IMG/VR virus record: IMGVR_UViG_3300020045_003042
Span: 1-33,334 of that record
Origin: a virus
Lineage: Duplodnaviria; Caudoviricetes
Reading direction: 5' to 3' (one strand)
DNA length: 33,334 nt
Numbering within the stretch: the stretch's first letter is position 1; each line of letters starts with the position of its first letter. The translations under genes were made by a program, and so were the position numbers. The notes beneath the pieces were generated by a model. It saw only the letters and a list, made by a program, of their open reading frames with translations, was not told the DNA's origin and did not search any database. This document shows, piece after piece, positions 7,480 to 15,241 of this stretch.

Positions 7480-8017
7480 CTTTGTGCCTTTTCCTAAAAT
7501 GCCAAGGCTGTCGCGAGAGGCGATAGTCTCAGAAAAAATTGACGGAACCTCTGGATGTATATTTATATCAGACGCTGACGAGAGCGGGAAGACGACCATG
7601 ATGGTCGGCTCCCGCAATCGGTGGATCTCTCCCGACGATGATAACCACGGATTCGCTCGTTGGGCCTACGATCATCAAGCCGAACTGATGGAACTCGGAC
7701 CCGGTAGGCACTTTGGGGAATGGTGGGGTAAGGGAATTCAGCGGGGGTATGGTTTGAAAGAGCGACGGTTTAGCCTTTTTAATGTAGCCCGATGGGGTGT
7801 GTCCCGCCCGAACTGCTGCCATGTTGTTCCGGTTTTATGGTCTGGTAATTTTGAGATGATTTGGATTGAAGACATCATGCACAACCTCGCAATCAACGGA
7901 AGCGTTGCGGCCCCAGGTTTTACCAACCCGGAGGGAATTGTGGTCTTCCACACAGCCGCCAATTTCGGGTTCAAAAAAACATTTGAAAAAGATGATTGCG
8001 GTAAAAGTTTTTCTTGA
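7454..8017 (+). CDS. Rnl2-type ATP-dependent RNA ligase (nucleotidyltransferase domain only)
   Basis: Motif I EKIDG, then GSRNR, FGEW, FSLF, EGIVV and FKK; AGGAGG RBS before a GTG start. Confidence 0.85.
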   Translation: MENIKHLFNFVPFPKMPRLSREAIVSEKIDGTSGCIFISDADESGKTTMMVGSRNRWISPDDDNHGFARWAYDHQAELMELGPGRHFGEWWGKGIQRGYGLKERRFSLFNVARWGVSRPNCCHVVPVLWSGNFEMIWIEDIMHNLAINGSVAAPGFTNPEGIVVFHTAANFGFKKTFEKDDCGKSFS

Positions 8018-8042
8018 CATTGGATCGAATCTAAATTAGTAT
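8014..8042 (+). promoter_or_regulatory. sigma70 promoter
   Basis: TTGACA-17 nt-TAGTAT; the -35 box overlaps the ligase stop codon. Confidence 0.65.
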
Positions 8043-8049
8043 GAACTTA

Positions 8050-8530
8050 ACGCTGAACGGAAAAGATCTTTCAAAAGTCAAATAGCAGGAGGCATTATGT
8101 GATTCTCAGCCAATGCCCATCTGGATGGTGGGCATTCACGGACAATCACAGAATTTCATTCCTTGAGTGGTTTGAAATTGATTTCCGACCGGCACAAAGG
8201 ATGGTGAGTTTTCCCGCTAATGTGTCACCCCGTATGGGGATTGTTAAAAATGCTGTACCGATCTTTTAAAATCCAGCCGAACCCAAACCCCAAAAGCCCC
8301 GGATTAGTCTCCGGGCAGTTAAAAGGTGAAAGTTCAGTTTTCGAAAGTAATACCCCCGAGGCTGGCGGGGGTTAACACAAAAATCAATTTTCCCGGAATA
8401 AGCCGGGGCCTCCCCTGAACCATATAGGACGCGCAATCCACGGTGGGGATGGGGAGGTAACAAACGCCATCCGCATTGAGGGGCCGACCGGATCTCCGGG
8501 CGGTAGCGACCTGGACGGCTGGTTCCAAAT
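8050..8530 (+). ncRNA. candidate structured RNA or leader
   Basis: About 480 nt with no + strand ORF of 60 aa or more; several GC hairpins; two GATCTTTYAAAA boxA-like motifs at 8065 and 8260. Confidence 0.4.
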
Positions 8531-8531
8531 G

Positions 8532-8608
8532 GGGGGCATAGCTCAACTGGTAGAGCCCCCGGCTCATAACCGGGCGGTTGACGGGTTCGAATCCCTCTGC
8601 CCCCACCA
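8532..8608 (+). tRNA. tRNA with CAT anticodon, non-initiator (Ile2/lysidine type or elongator Met)
   Basis: Acceptor GGGGGCA/TGCCCCC, D arm TAGCTCAACTGGTAGAGC, anticodon arm CCCGG-CTCATAA-CCGGG, GGTTCGAATCC T arm, encoded CCA. Confidence 0.93.
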
Positions 8609-8628
8609 CAACAAAAAAGGAGAACACA

Positions 8629-8820
8629 ATGGAAAAAACACTTGCCGACGTTTTCCGAGATACCGTAAACCAGCACATCGTTCTGGCTCAAGCCATAGCT
8701 AAGGCCAACCCCGAAGAGGCCATAACTTTCGACATGGCCAACTACTGTGAACGGGTTCAGTTTATGGACTCAACTTTTGCCCCGATTATTGAGCGTGGGG
8801 AAATGGGGGTTGAGGTATGA
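8629..8820 (+). CDS. hypothetical protein
   Basis: AAGGAG RBS; MEKTLADVF..., 63 aa. Confidence 0.7.
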   Translation: MEKTLADVFRDTVNQHIVLAQAIAKANPEEAITFDMANYCERVQFMDSTFAPIIERGEMGVEV

Positions 8821-8936
8821 AGCGCAAAAAAGAGTTTGAGCCGTGTGGCATCATCAATGATATTCAGATTTTAGCCTGTGTCGTTGTCGCTGTCGCTATA
8901 ATCGTTTTGATTTGTGGGAGGCTTTGCCATGGGTGA
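8817..8936 (+). CDS. small single-TM protein (39 aa)
   Basis: ATGA overlap and GAGG RBS; MKRKKEFEPCGIINDIQILACVVVAVAIIVLICGRLCHG; below the ORF-track size cutoff. Confidence 0.55.
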   Translation: MKRKKEFEPCGIINDIQILACVVVAVAIIVLICGRLCHG

Positions 8937-9207
8937 AATGGTCGTTGCTATGGGGATCAATGTTGAGGTCGAGTATTCCATCGAACCCAGCCAGAAAGAA
9001 ACCAGAATGGAACCCGGATGGGACGCTCGGGTTAATCTTGAAAGTGTGGTTATCGGCGGTGAGGATTTCGGCTCGGATCTTGAAAAATACTTTACACCTT
9101 CATTTTTATATGAGATAAAAGAGGCGATTCTGACGCTTGAGTCCGATAAACACGCCCAGCACATTTTTGACAACATGGTCACCCGGGAGGATTATGGAGA
9201 TGGATGA
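8929..9207 (+). CDS. acidic hypothetical protein
   Basis: GGAGG RBS before the ATG at 8929; tight packing with neighbours. Confidence 0.65.
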   Translation: MGEMVVAMGINVEVEYSIEPSQKETRMEPGWDARVNLESVVIGGEDFGSDLEKYFTPSFLYEIKEAILTLESDKHAQHIFDNMVTREDYGDG

Positions 9208-9733
9208 TAAAGAAAAAAAAACCGACGGAAAAACCCATTACCGCAAAGCTTTTGATAGCCCGTACCTTTCCAGCGCCGACATCGTAGAGCCAACGGTTTT
9301 GATGATCTCAAAAGTTCTTCTTGAGGCCGACAAAACTAAAAAAACGAAAGATGTATTTAACACCGCATATTTCACCGAAAAAGAAATCCGATCCGGTGAG
9401 GTGTTGAAACCTATGGTTTTAAACGCGACAAACTGCCGAACCATGAAGAAATTGACCGGAAGCGCATTTATTGATGATTGGAATAATGTAGCCGTGACCG
9501 TCTATGTTGACCCGCAAGTGCGCTTTGGGAAGGATACCGTAGAAGGGTTAAGACTTTCCACAGAGAAGCCGCGAACGGTCAAGCCGGAGCTTACACCCGG
9601 CAGCCCCAGGTGGAAGGGCGCGGTCGATGTTTACCGCCGGGAAAAGGCATTTGGGACGATTGAGAAGCACGTCATAATCTCCGACGAAAACAAAGAGTTG
9701 ATTAAACGTGAGGCGTCCGATGCTGTGGATTGA
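9194..9733 (+). CDS. conserved phage protein (THYRK...SPYL.SADI), probable recombination partner
   Basis: GGAGG RBS; overlaps the exonuclease start, in the slot usually held by an annealase. Confidence 0.65.
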   Translation: MEMDDKEKKTDGKTHYRKAFDSPYLSSADIVEPTVLMISKVLLEADKTKKTKDVFNTAYFTEKEIRSGEVLKPMVLNATNCRTMKKLTGSAFIDDWNNVAVTVYVDPQVRFGKDTVEGLRLSTEKPRTVKPELTPGSPRWKGAVDVYRREKAFGTIEKHVIISDENKELIKREASDAVD

Positions 9734-10337
9734 TTGCGAACAGAATACCGAAGAATGGGATTCTTTGCGTATCGGGCGCATTGGTGGGTCAGAGATTCAC
9801 ACGATAATGGCGAACTACGGCAAGGCGTTTGGGGACCCGGCAAAAAACCTTGCGGCCTACATTGCCGCCGAACAGAAAGACGGCATAGCTAGAACGCGAG
9901 GAATGGCCCCGAACGAGCATATGAAGCGCGGCCACGAACAGGAACCGATTGCCCGGATGCGATATGAGGAAGATCGCTTCGCCACAGTCACGAATGGCGG
10001 GTATTACATCGTTGGGGATGATATCGGAGTAAGTCCGGACGGACACGTTTATGAAGATGGGCTTGTGGAAATCAAGAGCGTAACCATTCCGGTTCAGGCC
10101 GCAACGATCAGGCGCGGGGCGTTCGATCCGAAATACAAGTGGCAGATAGCCCAAGAGTTAAAAGTATCTGGGCGTGAGTGGATTGACTACATTTCGTTTT
10201 GCGCCGAAGGGACCGCCGACAACCAGCTTTTCGTTCAGCGTATTTATCCGGCAGATCTTACCGAAGAATTCAATCAGATTGACATCCGGGTTGACGAGTT
10301 CCGCCGCCTGGTGGACAAAAACAGGAAGTATGTATGA
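9720..10337 (+). CDS. YqaJ / lambda-exonuclease family nuclease
   Basis: EQNTEEW..LR.GRI..S, RGHEQEP.AR, SPDG, EIKS and Y.WQ motifs. Confidence 0.9.
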   Translation: MLWIDCEQNTEEWDSLRIGRIGGSEIHTIMANYGKAFGDPAKNLAAYIAAEQKDGIARTRGMAPNEHMKRGHEQEPIARMRYEEDRFATVTNGGYYIVGDDIGVSPDGHVYEDGLVEIKSVTIPVQAATIRRGAFDPKYKWQIAQELKVSGREWIDYISFCAEGTADNQLFVQRIYPADLTEEFNQIDIRVDEFRRLVDKNRKYV

Positions 10338-10807
10338 AATCCAAGCCCCAGAAATACGCATTCCGGGTGGCAAAGAGCCGGACCAACAGCGGCCTTGTGG
10401 TGGCTGATTCCATCTCTGAATCGGCCATTGCAAGGCTCACCCACGGCGATCTCGTATTCTGCCAAATCACCAAGCCCCGGAACCCATGTTTTCACCGGCG
10501 GGCCCACGCATTCGGCAGATTAGTTTCAGAAAATATTGACGGTTTTTCTGGACTTGACGCGCATTCTGTGCTAAAACGAATGCAAATAGAAAGTGGGATA
10601 GGTTGCGACGAGATAGCAATCATCATGAAAGGCGTTGGCCCGTGTATGTATCGAGTGCCCAAAAGTCTATCTTTTGAAAGTATGGACCAGATGCAATTTG
10701 AAACCATTTTTTCCGGATTGTGCGGCCATGTTTCAACCCAATATTGGGGCGGCTTAGACCCGGAAGAAATCAAACGGATGGCGGAGGTGATGATAAATGA
10801 ATCTTGA
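10334..10807 (+). CDS. DUF1367-like protein
   Basis: KPRN..FHR and PKSLSF.SMDQ..F motifs; ATGA overlap. Confidence 0.65.
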   Translation: MKSKPQKYAFRVAKSRTNSGLVVADSISESAIARLTHGDLVFCQITKPRNPCFHRRAHAFGRLVSENIDGFSGLDAHSVLKRMQIESGIGCDEIAIIMKGVGPCMYRVPKSLSFESMDQMQFETIFSGLCGHVSTQYWGGLDPEEIKRMAEVMINES

Positions 10808-11183
10808 AAATGCAAAAATAACTATATTGTTTTCCGATGGCGGGATGTCGATAGATGTGGTTGATGCTAATGCGTGTATAACGTTTTTAAAGGCTCGTCT
10901 TAGTCCTTCTGAGGCGTGTGATGCTCTATCGAGATTGTGTCTCGTCCACTGCGAATGTGATGTTGCAAACCTTGATCTTGTCGGAAAGCGTATGGTCCAC
11001 AAGCAGATAGAGTTTGAAATACCAATCCTCCCTTGGGACAAGCGTGAATCAGGGGCGTGTGAATGTGCAAAAAAAGAGTGTCCCTATGGTTGGTTCCCTG
11101 ATTTGTATTTCGGCGCACAAGACTCTTTTTTTGTTGAGAATGGTAAAGAAATGGCGCGCTGCACAATTCGCAGGTGGGAATAA
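10797..11183 (+). CDS. hypothetical protein
   Basis: 128 aa; coupled to neighbours on both sides. Confidence 0.65.
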   Translation: MNLENAKITILFSDGGMSIDVVDANACITFLKARLSPSEACDALSRLCLVHCECDVANLDLVGKRMVHKQIEFEIPILPWDKRESGACECAKKECPYGWFPDLYFGAQDSFFVENGKEMARCTIRRWE

Positions 11184-11515
11184 TGAAACCATGGCGCTCT
11201 CCAAAATATTTGGCTTTTATCCGTACCAAGCCATGCCTTGCTTGCGGATCTACGCAGAACGTACAGGCGGCGCATCAGAATCTTGGTTCCGGTAGCAAGT
11301 CAATTAAAGCCCCGGACTGCCAAGCCGTACCGCTTTGCTTTGAGTGCCACCAAAATGAACACAACGGACGGCTGACGTTTTGGACTACAATCCTAAATTT
11401 ATCGTGGATTGAGTGTGTTCTCCCAAAACACGATCTAACAATGGTTGTTGACGGCCAGCTTTCCAAATCCATGGTTAAATATCTCAACGAATTTCTAACT
11501 GACGGAGCAAAATAA
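11183..11515 (+). CDS. DUF968-like His-Me finger protein
   Basis: RS.KYLAFIRTKPCLACG...AAH...K.PD..AVPLCFECH..EH; TAATG coupling. Confidence 0.75.
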   Translation: MKPWRSPKYLAFIRTKPCLACGSTQNVQAAHQNLGSGSKSIKAPDCQAVPLCFECHQNEHNGRLTFWTTILNLSWIECVLPKHDLTMVVDGQLSKSMVKYLNEFLTDGAK

Positions 11516-11791
11516 ATGTCAATCAGCGAAAATACATTCACGGTCACAAACGAGAAATACAACGAAGGGATTGCTCTGGACGAGTACAACGGGACGTATT
11601 CGATAGTCTCCTGCCAAAAAGCCCAGGATGGCAAGATCTGGCCGAAGTGGATGCGGATGCGGCTTGGAAAAGATGAGTGGAGCGAGGTTTTGGTTGGGGC
11701 CACGAAAGAGGATGCGATTGCAAATCTCACCATGCTTATTGAGGCTATCCGGTGCGGGACCGATGCCCCGGATGACGATTTCCCATTTTGA
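11516..11791 (+). CDS. small protein with SSB-like acidic tail, paralog 1
   Basis: Ends in PDDDFPF; paralog of 12487..12786. Confidence 0.7.
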   Translation: MSISENTFTVTNEKYNEGIALDEYNGTYSIVSCQKAQDGKIWPKWMRMRLGKDEWSEVLVGATKEDAIANLTMLIEAIRCGTDAPDDDFPF

Positions 11792-11801
11792 AAAATAATT
11801 A

Positions 11802-11830
11802 TTGACAGTTTGCACCGGTGGTGATAGATT
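11802..11830 (+). promoter_or_regulatory. sigma70 promoter
   Basis: TTGACA-17 nt-TAGATT with TG extension; upstream context identical to the 6238 promoter. Confidence 0.7.
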
Positions 11831-11879
11831 GGCCTTAAACAATCAACGTAATGGACGCCGGGGAGAAGGTTGACGAGCG

Positions 11880-12253
11880 GTGTCCGGAGAGGGCTCTATC
11901 GTGTTGAGAGCGAGACTAAAAAAGCGATACCGTATACCGAAAGTTGACGATGGGGAGCTATTGGTGCGTTTTGGCAAGGCTCCCGGCGATTCAACCCCAG
12001 ACATTTGTTATTATTGGGGCGCAGGCATCCATAGGTGCGATGCCCGATATGTCGCCAACACATTTGCAACAAAACGATGGGTCGCCCCGGGTGCCAATGT
12101 GGAGCGCTTCTTGACTCAAAAGTTTCGACCAAACGGGGGCTTTGCTATCCGTGTTTTGAACGGGAGTTTAGGGCCATGGAACGGCAACTTTCCCGGCTCA
12201 GGGTTGGGTTTTTGGGGCGGGTGGTGAGGTGGATGAAAGGGGTTGTGGCATGA
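11880..12253 (+). other. two overlapping same-strand ORFs (11880..12227 and 12035..12253), possibly a chimeric lesion
   Basis: First ORF has a GGAGAGG RBS before the GTG at 11901; second ORF has CxC/CxxC motifs and an ATGA overlap with the next gene. Confidence 0.4.
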
Positions 12254-12486
12254 AAACAAGAATCACAAAAATGATCCTCTGTGGAGACGGACCTATTTTT
12301 GACGAGAGTGTGACCGCAATCGAAATTGAAGATCTTTCGTGTGGCGAGTATCTCACCGTCTCTCAAGACGGCAATGACGACCATCGGCACGAAATCAAAC
12401 TTGATCTTGACGAGGTTGAACCGTTTATCAAACTCCTGCGCAAGATGTCGCGGGAGATAACGAAGCACGAAAGAAAGGAAGCGTAA
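12250..12486 (+). CDS. hypothetical protein
   Basis: ATGA overlap and AGGGG RBS; MKTRITKMIL... Confidence 0.7.
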   Translation: MKTRITKMILCGDGPIFDESVTAIEIEDLSCGEYLTVSQDGNDDHRHEIKLDLDEVEPFIKLLRKMSREITKHERKEA

Positions 12487-12786
12487 ATGTCCATCATCGA
12501 ATCAAGCTTCATTGAAACAAACGAGAAATATCGCGAAGGCGTAGCACTCGACGAATACAACGGTTCGTTTTCGCTCACCCTCTGCCAGAGAGGGAATGAC
12601 GAGAAAATCTATCCACGGTGGGCCAAGCTCCAAGTCGGGAAAGACAAGCTGGCGGAAAAGGCAACTCCGGTCAAGATCGGGTTGGGCGACAAAGACAAAG
12701 CTGTCGACGCCATGACGTTTATGATTGCGGTTTTGAACGGAACGGCGGTTAGCTCCCACCCCGAGGACGGCTCGATTCCGTTCTAA
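12487..12786 (+). CDS. small protein with SSB-like acidic tail, paralog 2
   Basis: Ends in EDGSIPF; shares TNEKY.EG.ALDEYNG with paralog 1. Confidence 0.75.
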   Translation: MSIIESSFIETNEKYREGVALDEYNGSFSLTLCQRGNDEKIYPRWAKLQVGKDKLAEKATPVKIGLGDKDKAVDAMTFMIAVLNGTAVSSHPEDGSIPF

Positions 12787-12832
12787 CCAACAACCCCGCC
12801 CGGTCACCGCGACGGGCGGAGAAAGGAACAAA

Positions 12833-13387
12833 ATGAAAGAACGCCCGATTATGTTCAACAAACAGATGGTTCAAGCAATTCTCTCCGGGCGGAAGACTAT
12901 GACCCGTCGAGTGGTGAAGCCGGGGGTTGTTTTTGACTCTGGGGTTGGCGGGCTTTGGGTACGAGAATCGGCCAAAGTTCTTCGTGTGCGTAGCGGGTTC
13001 AGAGAGGCAGATATCGAATACCAAGCCGACATGGCCATGGCAACTGTCCCCTACCCATCCCGGCTTGCTCCGGCTCCTGTTGGAAAACTGCTTGCGAACG
13101 GGACGTATAGAGAGGCCTCCCGGATCATTCTGGAGATTGCCGACGTCCGGGTGGAGCGGTTGCAGGATATCAGCCGAGAAGACGCTGAGGCCGAAGGACT
13201 TCTCAAATTCCCATTCGAGGACAGTTATGCATGGGCGTACAAAGAAGACGATTTGCAAGGCCATACATCTCCCACCGGGGCGGTCCGCGCATTGTGGGAG
13301 TCCATCAACGGCTCCGGCTCATGGGACAGCAATCCGTGGGTGTGGGTGGTTGGATTTAAGAGGATTGCGAGAAAGGAAGCGCCATGA
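12833..13387 (+). CDS. ASCH/PUA-like phage protein
   Basis: KERPIMF...AIL.GRKT.TRR, LWVRE, VERLQDI...A.AEG and NPWVWV motifs. Confidence 0.8.
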   Translation: MKERPIMFNKQMVQAILSGRKTMTRRVVKPGVVFDSGVGGLWVRESAKVLRVRSGFREADIEYQADMAMATVPYPSRLAPAPVGKLLANGTYREASRIILEIADVRVERLQDISREDAEAEGLLKFPFEDSYAWAYKEDDLQGHTSPTGAVRALWESINGSGSWDSNPWVWVVGFKRIARKEAP

Positions 13388-13632
13388 AGAAGATGCTCAT
13401 AGTTGAAAGTTGCGCAACTTGTCCGGCAAATTGCCCGTACCCTGTCGGCCCCGGCCCTCATGGAGGCATCCACCCCGACTGCCCCCTGGACGACGCACCA
13501 GACCCGGAGCGGTATCAGCGGGCCGTGTTGTTACTCAAAGAAATGCTTGAATATCTTGAAGACGAGGACGAAGGACAAACAACATTTGCGGAAGAAATCA
13601 CGGCGTTCCTGGCCGGGGAGGATGGAGGATGA
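13384..13632 (+). CDS. hypothetical protein
   Basis: ATGA coupling; Cys-rich N-terminus. Confidence 0.65.
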   Translation: MKKMLIVESCATCPANCPYPVGPGPHGGIHPDCPLDDAPDPERYQRAVLLLKEMLEYLEDEDEGQTTFAEEITAFLAGEDGG

Positions 13633-13847
13633 AAGAAGAAGAAGCGATCAAAAAATGGTGTCCGTTTGTTCGGGTTGCGCTTGGCCCTGACAATGTTACC
13701 TGGCAAGGGATGGAGTACACAAACAGGCTTTCGCCTACAGGCGACAAGGGGACGAACTGCATTGGTTCCGATTGTATGGCGTGGCAGAATGGTCGCGCCA
13801 GAAACGAAGGGGGATGCGGCCTGTGCGGAGCAAGGGAGGGTGATTGA
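13629..13847 (+). CDS. Cys-rich hypothetical protein
   Basis: WCPF.R...CIGSDCMAW...CGL; coupled to neighbours. Confidence 0.65.
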   Translation: MKEEEAIKKWCPFVRVALGPDNVTWQGMEYTNRLSPTGDKGTNCIGSDCMAWQNGRARNEGGCGLCGAREGD

Positions 13848-14035
13848 TGGAGAAGAAACTTGACCCCGAAAAACTGAAGGAAGCCTTTACGGAGATGTAC
13901 GAGGCGCTTGATGCCCTTCTGCTTGTAGTAGGGCTAACTGCATTTAGATATGAAAGCCAGCGTGAGGTGTTGCAGATAGCTGTAAATGCGGCTGGCGACG
14001 CACTCAAGAAAGCGAGGGAGAATGAGCGAACCTGA
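13847..14035 (+). CDS. hypothetical protein
   Basis: GGAGG RBS and TGATG coupling. Confidence 0.6.
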   Translation: MEKKLDPEKLKEAFTEMYEALDALLLVVGLTAFRYESQREVLQIAVNAAGDALKKARENERT

Positions 14036-14372
14036 TTTTTCAAATGCGAGGGTGAGGGACAGGGTTTGGGACTTGTTCCTTGGAACTGAGCAAGAAGTAG
14101 TGGAGCATCGTGATATTCGTGGGGAAATGTGTATTTCAGGCTATGGCCCTTTGGGTAATGGGAAACAAAATGGTGTCCAACGATTCTACTGGTCCCGGCC
14201 AGCAATCACCGGCGGATGTGAACCGCCGAAGCGGATGGCTAAGAAGACGATCGAGGTTGATATCTGGCGGCGTCCGAACGGCCAACTTACATCGGAGGTT
14301 CGTGGTAATCCTTTGGGTGATTTGTGGACGCTTCTTAAAACCATCGAAACGGAAATCGAGGTGGAGGAATGA
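14022..14372 (+). CDS. hypothetical protein
   Basis: GAGGGAG RBS; MSEPDFSNARV... Confidence 0.6.
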   Translation: MSEPDFSNARVRDRVWDLFLGTEQEVVEHRDIRGEMCISGYGPLGNGKQNGVQRFYWSRPAITGGCEPPKRMAKKTIEVDIWRRPNGQLTSEVRGNPLGDLWTLLKTIETEIEVEE

Positions 14373-14548
14373 GCCCCAAGCCAAAGCGCAAACGAACTCG
14401 ATACTGCAATCACTATCACAACTGCGACCTTGACCGCGAATGTTTTAATGTTCTAACTGGAGATGATTGCCCGTTCTTCGGGCACACAACACTGTTTTCA
14501 TCGCTACCCAAAGAGCCGCCCACCGAGGCGCAGGAAGGGGGCGAGTGA
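14369..14548 (+). CDS. small Cys-rich protein (59 aa)
   Basis: ATGA overlap and GGAGG RBS; MSPKPKRKRTRYCNHYHNC...; not in the ORF track. Confidence 0.55.
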   Translation: MSPKPKRKRTRYCNHYHNCDLDRECFNVLTGDDCPFFGHTTLFSSLPKEPPTEAQEGGE

Positions 14549-14754
14549 TGATCGCACCAGAGACTAAGCCGCTTGATTATTTCGATGGGGTCGAAACCGG
14601 AACGAGAAAGGCCGAAGCTGCCCACAAAGAATTCCGGGCCAAGGCGCGGCTGGTGGCTGAATTTGTAGCAAACTACTTCGGGGAAAATTACAACTATTGG
14701 GGCACCGTGGCCATAGCCAAAGAAATTATAGCCGAAACAGAAAAGGATAGCTAA
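14548..14754 (+). CDS. hypothetical protein
   Basis: TGATG coupling; MIAPETKPL... Confidence 0.6.
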   Translation: MIAPETKPLDYFDGVETGTRKAEAAHKEFRAKARLVAEFVANYFGENYNYWGTVAIAKEIIAETEKDS

Positions 14755-14928
14755 ATGAAGCTCCCATTCGGATATGGCACCATTGGAATAGAGTTTGAGA
14801 AGGCTAACATACTATTCAAGGGCGGCACAGTTAAAATATGGCTGCACATCGCCCCTAAAAGATTGCGGATTTGGAGACTTACGATGCAATTACGTAAGAA
14901 AAAGGAGGTCCTGGATGACGCCGAGTGA
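14755..14928 (+). CDS. small hypothetical protein (57 aa)
   Basis: AAGGA RBS; MKLPFGYGTIG...; abuts the previous stop codon. Confidence 0.5.
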   Translation: MKLPFGYGTIGIEFEKANILFKGGTVKIWLHIAPKRLRIWRLTMQLRKKKEVLDDAE

Positions 14929-15241
14929 CTTGCGGAAAGCTGCATCCTGTATTTACATTGCCGTAGAAGAACGTGTTGCAAAAGATATTTCCGCTAAATT
15001 GTTATGGGCAGCCAATGAGATAGAGAAACTCCAAGAAGCCGAAGCCAACGCCATCCAGCGCACCAGGAAAGAGATGTCACTGACATCTATATCTTTTTTG
15101 GAGGGCTATTCGCAGGGCAAAGCCGATGGAATCCAGCGCACCAAGGAGGCGGTTTTGGATGCTATTCGGATCGATCCTGAACTCAGGCGGGAATATAAAG
15201 ACTATTTGAGCGAAATCTGTATGACCGTGGAGGTGCGGTGA
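14915..15241 (+). CDS. hypothetical protein
   Basis: AAGGAGG RBS; MTPSDLRKAA... Confidence 0.65.
   Translation: MTPSDLRKAASCIYIAVEERVAKDISAKLLWAANEIEKLQEAEANAIQRTRKEMSLTSISFLEGYSQGKADGIQRTKEAVLDAIRIDPELRREYKDYLSEICMTVEVR

Noticed and set aside
6950-7520. Group I intron or intein interrupting the ligase
   Set aside because: The downstream ligase has its own start and a complete N-terminus, so no splicing is needed; I could not recognise intron core or intein motifs.
8532-8608. tRNA as attachment site or initiator tRNA
   Set aside because: No integrase or duplicated tRNA 3' end in the window; G1-C72 is paired and the anticodon stem lacks the initiator GGG/CCC triplet.
8266-8691. Minus-strand ORFs of 141 and 114 aa
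   Set aside because: They are antisense to the tRNA and GC hairpins, so they are shadow ORFs.
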